A stretch of 64,000 nucleotides of DNA from an uncultured Planctomycetaceae bacterium. GTDB lineage: Bacteria > Planctomycetota > Planctomycetia > Isosphaerales > Isosphaeraceae. Numbering within the stretch: position 1 is the first letter of the stretch; each line of letters starts with the position of its first letter. The notes under the pieces were generated by a model that saw only the letters and a list, made by a program, of their open reading frames with translations, did no database searches and had not been told where the DNA came from. The position numbers and the translations under genes were made by a program. The stretch lies in contig CAWIAD010000002.1 of assembly GCA_963833985.1 (NCBI GenBank), forward strand, positions 6,144,001 to 6,208,000, in the 5' to 3' direction. This document shows positions 17,012 through 27,024 of the stretch, in pieces.

Positions 17012-19140
17012 CCCGACTTTCGCAGGAAGGAATTAGAAGACAGGCTCGCTAATTCACATAATCCTCCCATCCTGACGTCTCCATGCTCAGACTAGGCAGT
17101 CTGGATAAGGTTGACAACCGAAACCAGGCTCATTTCCCACTTCATCCCAAAATAGTGACTAATTCTAGTGGCTCCCGCCTTGATTTTCTAAGGGCGCCAT
17201 GTCATCTATAGTGACCATGTACATCCGCAAGACGGTCCGACGATACAAAGATAAAACATACGTGAATTTCTTGTTGGTCGAGTCCGTCCTCACCGACAAG
17301 GGACCGCGGCAAAAGGTAATCTGTTCACTCGGTGATCTCTCGCCCGCGCCGCCCCAAGAGTGGCTTGCCTTGGCCCGCAAGCTCCAGGACGCACTCACCG
17401 GTCAATTGTCCCTCCCGGGGATGGTCGATGAGGATCCGGAACTCGAGCGACTCAAGCAGGCGCTTCCCCTGCAAGCCACTCCCCCCGGCGAAGGCGACGT
17501 GACTGCGTCCTCGACCTCCTCGGCGGACGATCTGATTTCGGTGCACGTCGATCGCGTCACCTCCGAATCGCCCCGGCCCGCCGGTCACGTCCATGTCGGT
17601 CGCGAATTCTGGAAGCGATTGGGCCTGGACGACATCTTGAAATCACTGGGCTTCACCCCGTGGCTGATATCATTGACCTGCGCGATGACGCTCAATCGGC
17701 TCATTCATCCCGCGGCCGAATACTCCATGCCCGACTGGATTCGATCCACGGCTTTGGCCGACATCCTGGGCGTCGACTTCTCGCGCCTCCCCGACGATCC
17801 CCTGTACCGCAACCTGGATCGCCTGCACCACCACCGCGCCACCATTGAATCGGCCCTGGCCCAGCGCGAGCAAAGCCTCTTCAACCTGGGAAATACGGTC
17901 CTGCTCTATGACCTGACGAGCACCTATTTCGAGGGGAAAGCGGATCTCATCCCCAAAGCCAAACGCGGCTACTCCCGCGATCACCGGCCCGACTGTAAGC
18001 AACTTGTGGTGGGGCTCGTCATCGGTCGTGAGGGGTTCCCCCGCGCTCACGAAATCTTCGAGGGCAACGCTCAGGATAGGCAAACGCTCAGCACGATGCT
18101 CGACTTGCTCAAGCAGCGCGTGGGGCTTCCTGAAGGCTCCACGATTGTCGTCGACCGCGGGATGGCCTTCGCGGAGAACATCGCGGAGCTCCGTCGACGC
18201 AACTTGCATTACGTCGTAGCCGCTGGACAGAAGGAACGCGATCGCCTCCTCGCCGAATTCGAGACGGCTGAGGGATTCACAGAAGTCATCCGCCAACCTT
18301 CACCCCGCAATCCTGGTCAGAAGAAATCGTCCGTGCGGGTCAAGGCTCACCCATCGAATAATGAGCTTCTGATATTGTGCATAAGCCAAGAGCGGGTGGA
18401 GAAGGACCGCGCTATCCGCACCAAGCAAGAGGGGCGTTACCTGAAGGATGTGGCGCGACTTCAAGGACGAATCGAGAAGGGACGGCTCAAGAAGGAGATC
18501 AAGATCGGCGAGGCGGTTGGCCGGCTCAAGGAACGCTACCCTCGGGTGGCTCGCTATTACTCACTGACCTTCGACGTCAAAACCCGACAACTCAAGAACC
18601 AACCCGATGAAGAGAAGCAGAAGGTTGCAGCGAGCCTTGATGGCAGCTATTTGCTGCGTAGCGACCGTCTGGAGCTTACTGGCGACGAGGGGTGGCGGAT
18701 CTACGGCTCTCTCACTCGAGCCGAGAATGCCTTCCGGTGCATGAAAAGCCCGTTGTGCGAGCGTCCCATCTTCCATCACCTGGAGCACAGGGTGGAATCG
18801 CATATTTTTCTGTGCGTTCTGGCATACCACTTATTGGTTGCCATCGAGACGACATTGCTGCGTCAAGACATACACACGTCGTGGGCAACGGTTCGGGACC
18901 TGCTTGCCAAACACGAGATTACGACAATCGTTCTGCCCACCGACCAGAATGGAATGCTGCGGATACGTCGGAGCGCCACGCCCGAGCCCGACCACAAGGT
19001 TCTGTACGAGGCGCTCGGAGTTCCGATACAGATCATACGTCCAGTAAAAACCTGGGAGCAAAGCCGGCCCAATAGTGACTGAAAAATCGACGGGACCCTG
19101 ATTTTCAAGTGGTTCCCCGGCCCAGGGTGCGGAAGTTAGG
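17012..19140 (+). mobile_element. IS1634-family insertion sequence, 2129 bp
   Basis: Imperfect terminal IRs CCCGACTTTCGCA / TGCGGAAGTTAGG (10/13 matches), CTAG on both sides (17008-11 and 19141-44), single transposase. Confidence 0.88.
17217..19082 (+). CDS. IS1634-family DDE transposase
   Basis: MYIRKT..K.YV..LVES...GPRQ; LYDLTSTYFEG, GYSRDHRPD, VVDRG, Y..L.RAENAFRCMK...RPIFH..RVESHIFLCVLAY. Confidence 0.93.
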   Translation: MYIRKTVRRYKDKTYVNFLLVESVLTDKGPRQKVICSLGDLSPAPPQEWLALARKLQDALTGQLSLPGMVDEDPELERLKQALPLQATPPGEGDVTASSTSSADDLISVHVDRVTSESPRPAGHVHVGREFWKRLGLDDILKSLGFTPWLISLTCAMTLNRLIHPAAEYSMPDWIRSTALADILGVDFSRLPDDPLYRNLDRLHHHRATIESALAQREQSLFNLGNTVLLYDLTSTYFEGKADLIPKAKRGYSRDHRPDCKQLVVGLVIGREGFPRAHEIFEGNAQDRQTLSTMLDLLKQRVGLPEGSTIVVDRGMAFAENIAELRRRNLHYVVAAGQKERDRLLAEFETAEGFTEVIRQPSPRNPGQKKSSVRVKAHPSNNELLILCISQERVEKDRAIRTKQEGRYLKDVARLQGRIEKGRLKKEIKIGEAVGRLKERYPRVARYYSLTFDVKTRQLKNQPDEEKQKVAASLDGSYLLRSDRLELTGDEGWRIYGSLTRAENAFRCMKSPLCERPIFHHLEHRVESHIFLCVLAYHLLVAIETTLLRQDIHTSWATVRDLLAKHEITTIVLPTDQNGMLRIRRSATPEPDHKVLYEALGVPIQIIRPVKTWEQSRPNSD

Positions 19141-20575
19141 CTAGAAGCGTGGCCTCGTCTGCAAGTCGAGAATCGAGGTGGACTGCTTTGTTGAGTTCAG
19201 CCTTCGCTTCCCGCGTTTTTCCCAAAGCACCAAAAGCCTGGCTCCGAGCGAGGTAGATTTCCGCCCACCTCGGACCGAATTGTCGCGCCTTGCCCAGTTG
19301 AGTGATGCCTCGCCCGTAGTCCCTGAGACCCAGAAGCGCCAGGCCGCGGATGAAGTAGAAATGTGGCGCGCGCCTCCAGAGTCGTACGCCCGCGTCGGCG
19401 TCGGTCGTGGCCTCGGCATAGCGATGCAGCCAGAGCTGTGCGTATGCTCGGTAGAATAAAGCGGATGCGTTGCTCGGCTCGGCATCCAGGCATTGGGTAC
19501 AATCATCAATCACATCCGAGAAGCGATGCAGCGCTAGCTCGGAGCGCGCTCTCTGAAGCCGTGCTTCGTAATCATCCGGGTTAAGCTCCAACGTGCGTGA
19601 GCACGAGGCAATGGCCAGATCGTGCTTGCCATGGGCGACATAGGAGCAAGCTTCCGCAAAAAAGCCATCGGCGTTCAGGTCAAACTCAAACTCTAAATCG
19701 GCCGGTTCCAGGCCATGCTCTTCGGAACAACCTGGTTTTGAGTCATCGACGTGATCGTCGTGCGAAGTTCTCGTTCCCATCCATTGGCTTGCGGCAGGCA
19801 TTACGTGTAGTTCTTCTATTCCGGTAGCAATTGCGCTCGCGGAAGGACTACTAGCAATGATGCCTTTGGACTCGACCTTGAAATAGGCTCGTGCATCGGG
19901 TCGCAGGTACCTGACCCAGCGCGGGCGTTCTTCACCTCGGAATCGCGCGTAGAGGGCCAGCGCGTAGGAGAATTCCGGTATCGACATGTACCCCTGCTTG
20001 GCAGTACTCCACCCTTCGAAGGTGCCGGACCGCCAGTTAACCTCCCGTAGCGCCTGGTTCGCCGTGAAAATGCCCAGACCGAAGTAAACCGTCAGCAGGT
20101 CGGTCAATGGTTCGTGGTCTGCCATGCTCGCGTCACACCGCGCGTCGGCCAGCAGGTGTACATGGCCAAGTTCGTGGGCCAGGGTGCTAACAACCGAATA
20201 AGGCTCGCTTAGCCTGGTGGCTTCAAGCCAGATTCGAATCCTGCCCCCTTCGGCCTCGAACATGCCCAGCGCATGCTCTCGACGATGGACGGGATTGAAC
20301 GCGTTGACGACTTCATCGGCGGACGAGTCGGTGAACAACTGAAGCGTCACTCGTGAACGATCGACGTCCATGTAGGTGCAGAGGCGGTCGAGCAAAATCT
20401 CAGCATCCCTGGGCGTTGCCGCATAAGGATCGGGAAAGAACTCGTGAGTCGGCGTCACGATCTCCTTACGAAGCGGTCCCTCGCCGAATTGCTGGCGCAG
20501 CCACGCAAACCGCTCGTCGATCCAGCATCGCTGCTGCGCTGTTAAGGGCGACTGGATCCTGAACCAGCCGAACAT
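19136..20575 (-). CDS. HExxH-domain plus TPR-repeat protein, C-terminus clipped by the IS
   Basis: TLAHELGHVHLL...DHEPLTDL in the N-half; several TPR-like helical repeats in the C-half; stop codon supplied by the IS end; start likely ATG 20575. Confidence 0.8.
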   Translation of the reverse strand: MFGWFRIQSPLTAQQRCWIDERFAWLRQQFGEGPLRKEIVTPTHEFFPDPYAATPRDAEILLDRLCTYMDVDRSRVTLQLFTDSSADEVVNAFNPVHRREHALGMFEAEGGRIRIWLEATRLSEPYSVVSTLAHELGHVHLLADARCDASMADHEPLTDLLTVYFGLGIFTANQALREVNWRSGTFEGWSTAKQGYMSIPEFSYALALYARFRGEERPRWVRYLRPDARAYFKVESKGIIASSPSASAIATGIEELHVMPAASQWMGTRTSHDDHVDDSKPGCSEEHGLEPADLEFEFDLNADGFFAEACSYVAHGKHDLAIASCSRTLELNPDDYEARLQRARSELALHRFSDVIDDCTQCLDAEPSNASALFYRAYAQLWLHRYAEATTDADAGVRLWRRAPHFYFIRGLALLGLRDYGRGITQLGKARQFGPRWAEIYLARSQAFGALGKTREAKAELNKAVHLDSRLADEATLLA

Positions 20576-20769
20576 GGAATTCTTACCGTTGGATGTGTAT
20601 GGCGGTGTTGCGAATGTGCTTGCCAATCGTCGCTGTCAAATCTAGTCTTGGGCGACACGCTCGCACAAGAGTCCCCCATAGAAAGCAATGCTGTCGGAAC
20701 GGGTTAACCTGATGCGCTCGGTCCCGAAACCCCCGACGCGAATTGTGCTCACGAGCCGTCACGTCGTCT

Positions 20770-22496
20770 CTAGCCCAGAGGTGACGCTTCCGACATGCTC
20801 TTCACGTGGGTGGGGCGGGTACGCGGGCCGTTCAGCATCCGGCCGACCCAGGTATAACGCACCATCGTCTGATAGGCGATGAGCAGGCCGCCGGTGACCA
20901 CGGTGGTGATCAGCAGGAACTTCAAGACCGGCGGCCAGGGCCAGTCGCGAACCACGACCTGGGCGGCGATCAGGAGCGGCAGGTGGGTCAGGTAAAGCCA
21001 GTACGATGAGTCGGACATGTAGCGCACGGCCCGGTTCTCGCGGTGGATCGTCTTCCGGAAGAGACCCATGACGCCAAAACACATGGTCCAGGCATAGACG
21101 ACCTGCGTGATGGAAGTGATCGACCGGACCGGCAGAGTGGCCAGACCGGCGGGCAGCGCCAGCAAGAGCCCGGCCGGCAAGAGCAGCCACCAGTACCGGC
21201 CAAGCCGACCCTTGTCGTCATCGGCGTCGAAGTAGAGTGCCCCGAAGCCAAAGAAGATCCCGTAATAGAGCAGCAGGTGTGGCAAGGGGATGATCCCCGT
21301 TGAGTCGTCGGGACCGAAGGAGGGCCCGTTCAACCCCATGAAGAACTGGGGCAGCAGGGTCAGTGGAACGAGCCACAGAAACCGCCACGACGAAAGCACC
21401 GCCGGGCGCGGGAACATGCCCCAGCCGAACGAGTCGCTGATCCATGCCACGACGGCGAAACCGGCAACCATCCAGCAGAGGAACCAGAGGAACCAGAGGT
21501 GGGCGAAGACCGGCGTCTCGACGAGATGAATCGACGCGCTGCCCAGGCGCACGTTGAGCCGTTCGGACGAGATCGCCGCCTGATAGGCTGCGAGAATTCC
21601 ACCGGACGTTCGGGCCGGCGTCTCGTCGGCCGCGACAATGGTCCCTCCCGCGCTGGCGATTCGCTCACGGAGCAGCCGGGCCACGTCGGTGCGGCCTTGC
21701 TCGACGTCGACCTGCTCGCCGATCGGCACGTTGATCAGCGAGGCAACGTAGCGGGTCAGTCCCCAGTCCACGGTGGTAACCTCGAGCGGTGTCTGGCGCA
21801 CGTTGTTCCGTGATTCGAGCTCAGCGCCGTGACGGATCAGCAATTCCGCGGCGCCCGTTCGACCCAGGAACGCCGCGCCGTGGAGCGGCGTCGAGCCGTC
21901 GCGGTTCCGGCCGTTGACGTCCCCGCCGCGGTCGATCAGGATCTGGACGGCGTCGGCATCTCCCCGCATGGCGGCCCAGCTCAGGGGAGGAACACCGAAC
22001 TTCGGGTCCACGGCGTTCACGTCTCCGCCTTCGTCCAGGCGCTGGCGGATCATGGCGAGGTCGCCCGTTTTCACGGCACCGATCAGCGTGCCGTCGTCTC
22101 TGGACGCTGGCGGCTGGCCCAGCGCCGAGGTCAGCGCCAGAAAGAAACGCCCTGGGTGGCGGGAATGATCGTGAACAGGCCGAGCACCAGGGGAAATACG
22201 ATGCGGAAAATCCGCTGCCTGAGCAACGCGTGCAGCCCGCGCCGGCGCCAGAGCATCGCGGTGAAGAACCCGCTCACCAGAAAGAAGAGCGGCATCCGGA
22301 AGCCGTGAACCGCGGCGACGAACACGCCGAACGCGTCATTCTGCCGCGAGTCCTGGACGATCCACGGCAACGTCGCGAACGACAGGGCCGCATGCAGTGC
22401 AATGCCCAGCAGCATCGCGAAGGCGCGAACCGCATCGAGGTCAGCGCGGCGGGCGATGGTGGTGTGCAGAGTCGGTTGATCTGGAGTTTCGGACAT
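20770..22496 (-). pseudogene. Acyltransferase-3 (OpgC/MdoC-like) with internal ankyrin repeats; one frameshift near 22137 (possibly a sequencing error)
   Basis: N-part RRADLDAVRAFAMLLGIALHA, HGFRMPLFFLVSGFF; C-part ankyrins (PLSWAA, TPLHGAA), HLWFLWFL, YMSDSSYWLYLTHLP; adding one G joins the frames. Confidence 0.8.
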
Positions 22497-22796
22497 GGGC
22501 CTGCTCGGTTCGGGTTCGCAATCGGGCACCGTTCATGCCCTGGTATTCGTCGGCAACCCCGGAATCTTGCCGGCCAGACAAGCCAATCAAGGAACGAAGG
22601 CGGAAAAGCCTGGGGAAGAGAAAATCCGCAAGGACGAAACAATAAAGGGAAGAGCGGGCAGAGTCGCTCGCCCGGGGAAACGTATCACCCGGCACTCGCC
22701 AGGAACTGCTCCATCCGCTCCACTCGCTTGTCGGCGGCCAGGCCGCGCCGAGGCGGTCTGCGGCACAGCCACCGACCTTTCTTGCCTGCCGAGCCG

Positions 22797-23741
22797 CTAT
22801 CTGGCTTGCTTCCGGAAATAGGCCAGCCAGTTCTGGAGGTTCGCGGGCAGGTCGGCGAAGGCCGCGTCGATATCAGCCGGCTTGACCGCCCCGGCTTTCT
22901 CCGCACTCGCGCCCCTGGCGGCCAGGCCGAGCGTCTTCTCGCCCTGCCAGTCATTGGTGTTGAGGGCGTTGCTGAAGGCCTCGTAGTAATAGACGCGCGG
23001 GTCGTTGGGACGGGTCGATTCGAGCTTCTGGAACGCGTCCCCCGCCTCGGCGTACTTGCGGGCCTTGAACAGTTCAATCGCCTGGTCCAGCCCCGACGCT
23101 CCAGCGCCGGCGGTCGGGGAGGGCGCGCCCGCTTCGGCCGGCGTGGCGGCCCCGGCCGCGGAGATCTTCTGGAACTCGGCCGAGAGCCCCGCCAGCTTGC
23201 CCTTGAGCCCCGCCAGCGCCGAATCCACGCCGCTCGCCCGGCCAGCGAGCTTGTCCACCTTGTCGGTCAGTGGCATGAGGCCCGAGAGTGACTGGCCAAG
23301 CTCTGCCACCTTGTGCTCGATGGGGGCCAGGTCCGGCGGAGGCGCGGGCTTCGGCAAGCTGTCGACTGTCCCTCGCAGGCCCTTGAGCTGGTTCGTTACC
23401 CCGTCGAGTTCCAACTTGAGCGCCTTGACCTCGCTGCTCAGCAACTCGATGGGCGACGGCGTCGGGACCGCGGCCGGCGCGGCAGGGGCCGCTCCAGCGG
23501 CGGGTGCGGACGCCGCGGCCGGGTTCGCCGCCGAAGTCTGCATCTGCGCTACCCAGACCGCGATGCCGAAGAGCAAGGCGATCACGATCACGCCAGGCAA
23601 CATGAGCGCCCCGAGGGATTTGCTGTCAGGCCCAGGCGCAGGACGATGCTCCTTGTGCGCCGTTGTCGCGGACATCGATCCAGCAAGCCCTGGTTCGCCT
23701 TCGCCTGTGCTCATCCGAGGAGGGTCAACGTGGTCCGACAT
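22797..23741 (-). CDS. Hypothetical single-TM protein with Ala/Pro linker, coiled coil and a TPR-like C-terminus
   Basis: ATG 23741 with AAAGGA upstream; TM LMLPGVIVIALLFGIAVWVA; heptad-rich middle; AIELFKARKYAEA...PNDPRVYYYEA. Confidence 0.7.
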   Translation of the reverse strand: MSDHVDPPRMSTGEGEPGLAGSMSATTAHKEHRPAPGPDSKSLGALMLPGVIVIALLFGIAVWVAQMQTSAANPAAASAPAAGAAPAAPAAVPTPSPIELLSSEVKALKLELDGVTNQLKGLRGTVDSLPKPAPPPDLAPIEHKVAELGQSLSGLMPLTDKVDKLAGRASGVDSALAGLKGKLAGLSAEFQKISAAGAATPAEAGAPSPTAGAGASGLDQAIELFKARKYAEAGDAFQKLESTRPNDPRVYYYEAFSNALNTNDWQGEKTLGLAARGASAEKAGAVKPADIDAAFADLPANLQNWLAYFRKQAR

Positions 23742-24087
23742 ATCAATCGATGTCCTTTCGCAAATTCCTTGATAAACAGCCATGAACCGATCCCAGGTTC
23801 GCTGGACCGTGAACCGGCGCCCTGTATTGTACCGGGACCCGCAGGCGCTCGCATGATGGCCATGGGCTGCGGCCAGAGAATCCTCCGCGGGTGCCGGTTC
23901 CCCGGTCTCGGAAGGCGAAATCGATTCGTCGCACGAGGGTGGAAATGGAGGAGGGTGCCGCACGCTCGACATGGGCGCGCGACCGGGCGATTATAGAGTT
24001 CTGTGCTTCGCCTGAAAGACTGCTTGCTTCGCTGCTACACGAACACGAGACATCCGCGAGAGCGAGGCTCTCCAGAGGAATTCCATC

Positions 24088-26843
24088 ATGTTGCGATCGA
24101 TCCAGGGCGCCGTCGCCCTCGCGCTGGTTGCGCTGGTGCAGCCGTCAGCCAATGGGCTTTCTGTCTCCCTCAGCCGGCAAGGCATCGTGGTTCACACCGG
24201 CAAGAACGCTCGGTATACGCTGGCCTATCCGGCGATCGGAACGGCGGAGAAGTGCGCGCTGCCTTCCTCGGTCTCGATTCGCGGCCGGAAACTTACGGCA
24301 ACGTATGGCAACGGCGCAGCCTGCACGGCAGAGCTGAAGGACGACGGCTCGCTCGGTTTTCACTTCACTGCCTTGCCAGACGGGGTGAAGAACATCCGGC
24401 TCGATCTGCCCCTGCCGCTCGCGCTCGGCAAGGGGGGCAGCTTCGCCATCGACGGCCGCGCCCCCCTCCCGTTTCCGGCCCTCGCCTCCGCCGCCGCGTT
24501 CCTCTTCAAGGGCAATGCCCGGCGCTTCGTGGTGACGCCCGGCGGCGGTGAGACGTTCGCCATCCAGATCGAACACGGCTGGCAGCAGGTGCAAGATAAC
24601 CGCGTCTGGAAGATGAACACCTTTTCCTGGACGGCCATGGCCGAATTGCCGCGCACGGCAGGCAGCGAGGCGTATTACACGATCCGCATCGCCGCGCCCT
24701 CCGCGCTCTCGGAACAGGCCGCGGCGCCCGCGACCGCTATGGCGGACCCCGCCGGCAGCCAGGCGTTCGGTGTCGCGCTCGGAGAGAAGGAGATCTCGGT
24801 GGCCGTGGGCACGGCCGGGACGTACGCGCTCTCGTATCCGGCATTCGTCAAGAGCAACGACCAGCGCGTGGCGCCCTGCGCAGATCGTTCGCAATGGCGC
24901 GGGCGTCTCCCTGGTGTATGCCGAGGGCGGGCAGGCGCTCGTGCGGCTGGAGGGTACGACCCTGCGCATCGGCTTCTTGAATCCTCCCACAGACGCCAGG
25001 CAGTTCCGCATGGAGATGCTGATTCCGATCGGATTTGGCGGCAGCGGAACGTACCGTGCCAGGGGTGCCGTGGCGCAGACGTTCCCGGTCGAGAAGCCGG
25101 CCAGGCCGTTCCTCTACCAGGGAAGCGCCCGGAGCATCGCGTTTGTGCACCCGACGGGCCCCGGCTTCTCGATCGCCATTCCGCCCGACTCGTTCCAGCA
25201 GCTACAGGACAACCGCGAGTGGAACTGGAGCGTGTACCACTGGTGGTTCTCCTGCCCGCTGCCCCAGGGCAACAGCAGCCCCGAGTTCAGCATCACGCTG
25301 GCCTCAACCGGGATGACCGGAAAGCCGTCGCCCCTCGTCGACCGCTTCGGTCAATGGGTCAAGGCCCGATTCGCGACGAAGGTGCAGGCCGAGGCCGAGC
25401 TGAGGAACGATGCGGAGTGGGAACGGACCTGGCTCGCAGCGCTCAGGCCGCCGGCGACCGACCCGCACGGCGGCTTGCCCGGCTCGGGCCAGGCGTACGG
25501 TCTGACGAGAACGGGGTTCTTCCACCTGGGCCGGATTGCCAGGCCGGGCGGAGGATCAGCGGACGTTCTCGTCACGCCGGAAGGCAACGCCTTCTTCCAG
25601 CTTGGCGTGTGCGGCATCAGCCCGTGCGACGACTACACGACGGTGCGCGGTCGCGAGTCGATCTATGAGTGGCTGCCGGGCAGCGATGGCGCGTTCCAGT
25701 CCGCCCGCAACCAGGGAGATTCTGGCGTGGTGTCGTTCTACCTCGCCAACACGATCCGCAAGTACGGACGTCCCTACGATCTGGACGACCACTTCGGCCG
25801 CTGGATCGACCGGCTGCGCGCCTGGGGGTTCAACTCCGCGGGCGCGTTCAACGCGCTTCCGACCGTGGTGGGCCGGAAGAAGTTTCCGTACGTGAGCTTC
25901 GTGCCGGTCCCGGCGCCGCGGCTGGGCGACCTGGGCGTGGTCTGGGACCCGTTTGCGCCGGGCCTGGAAGCGAAGTTCAACGAAGCCTGTGCGCGAGGTC
26001 GCGCCGCGGGCCAGCGATCCGCTGCTCATCGGCTACTTCATCAGCAACGAGCCGGCGCTCGAGGACGTGCCCAGGGTCGTCCCCTCGCTGCGCGAGTCTC
26101 AGTGTCCTTCCAAGGCACGCCTGATGGCCCTGCTCGAGCGGAAATATCACAGCGTCGCGGCGTTCAATTCCGCCTGGAACTGCAAGGCGCCCTCGTTCGC
26201 GGCTGCCGCAGAAGCTCCGCTGTCCGCCACCACCCCGAGCGCTGAGCGCGACATGGCGGAGTTCTTCACGCTTTTCCTGGAAACCCGGTACAAGCTTGTG
26301 AACACGGCCTTCCGGAAGCATGACCGCAACCACCTGCTGATCGGGGACCGCTGGACCCCGCGCACGGCCGGGCTGGAAAGCGTCGTGAAAGCGGCCTCGA
26401 GGTATCTTGATGTCGTCTCAATTAACTATTATACCTCTAGAGTCGACAAGTCATTTCTTGATCGAGTGCACGGCTGGGCCAGCAAGCCCCTGCTCTTCTC
26501 TGAGTTCTACTATGCCGCGACCGATCAGGGTCTGCGGGGCGCGAACAAGGTTGACAGCCAGGCCGAGCGCGGGCTGGCGTATCGAAATTACGTCGAGCAG
26601 GCGGCGGCGACGGGTCACGTGGTGGGCATCCAGTGGTTCCTGGCGCTCGACCAGGCCTGCACCGGGCGCTACTTCGAGGGCTTCAACGGCGAGGCCGCGA
26701 ACACGGGCCTGGTGAACGTCGCCGATCGCCCCTACCGCGAGTTCCTGGCCGAGGTCATGAAGACCAACGGGTCAATCTATGATGTGATTCTGGGGAGCCG
26801 GCCGCCGTTCGCTTTTCAGGATCCGCGGTTCGCTGGCAAGTAA
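24088..26843 (+). pseudogene. Secreted GH50 (beta-agarase-like) glycoside hydrolase with two N-terminal repeat modules; two frameshifts (about 24875 and 25993)
   Basis: Signal peptide; VDRFGQW, TGFFH, LVTPEGNAFFQLGV, RLRAWGFNS, LIGYFISNEP, FSEF, VVGIQWF..DQ..TGR..GE.ANTGLVNVADRPY spread over three overlapping frames. Confidence 0.78.
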
Positions 26844-27024
26844 GCTCCTGCACGCGGGGCCGGGAAACAGCGCGCTGGACTGAGTCGGAGTCCGCGATAG
26901 GCAGTCTCGCGGCCACAGGAGATCATTTGCACGCGCAGCAGCACGACGCTAGACTGCGCCGATTCGATTCGCAGGCTTTGGAACCCGTTCCTTCGCCTTG
27001 TTCCTGGCAGTGAGGCGTTCTCTG

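Noticed and set aside
22131..22133. TGA ending the N-terminal acyltransferase fragment (likewise 43179-43181) as a possible Sec/readthrough codon
   Set aside because: The protein continues in a different frame, so a frameshift and not readthrough is needed
26434..26447. CCTCTAGAGTCGAC, identical to part of the pUC polylinker (XbaI-SalI)
   Set aside because: Only 14 nt, the flanks do not continue the polylinker and the reading frame is intact; most likely chance
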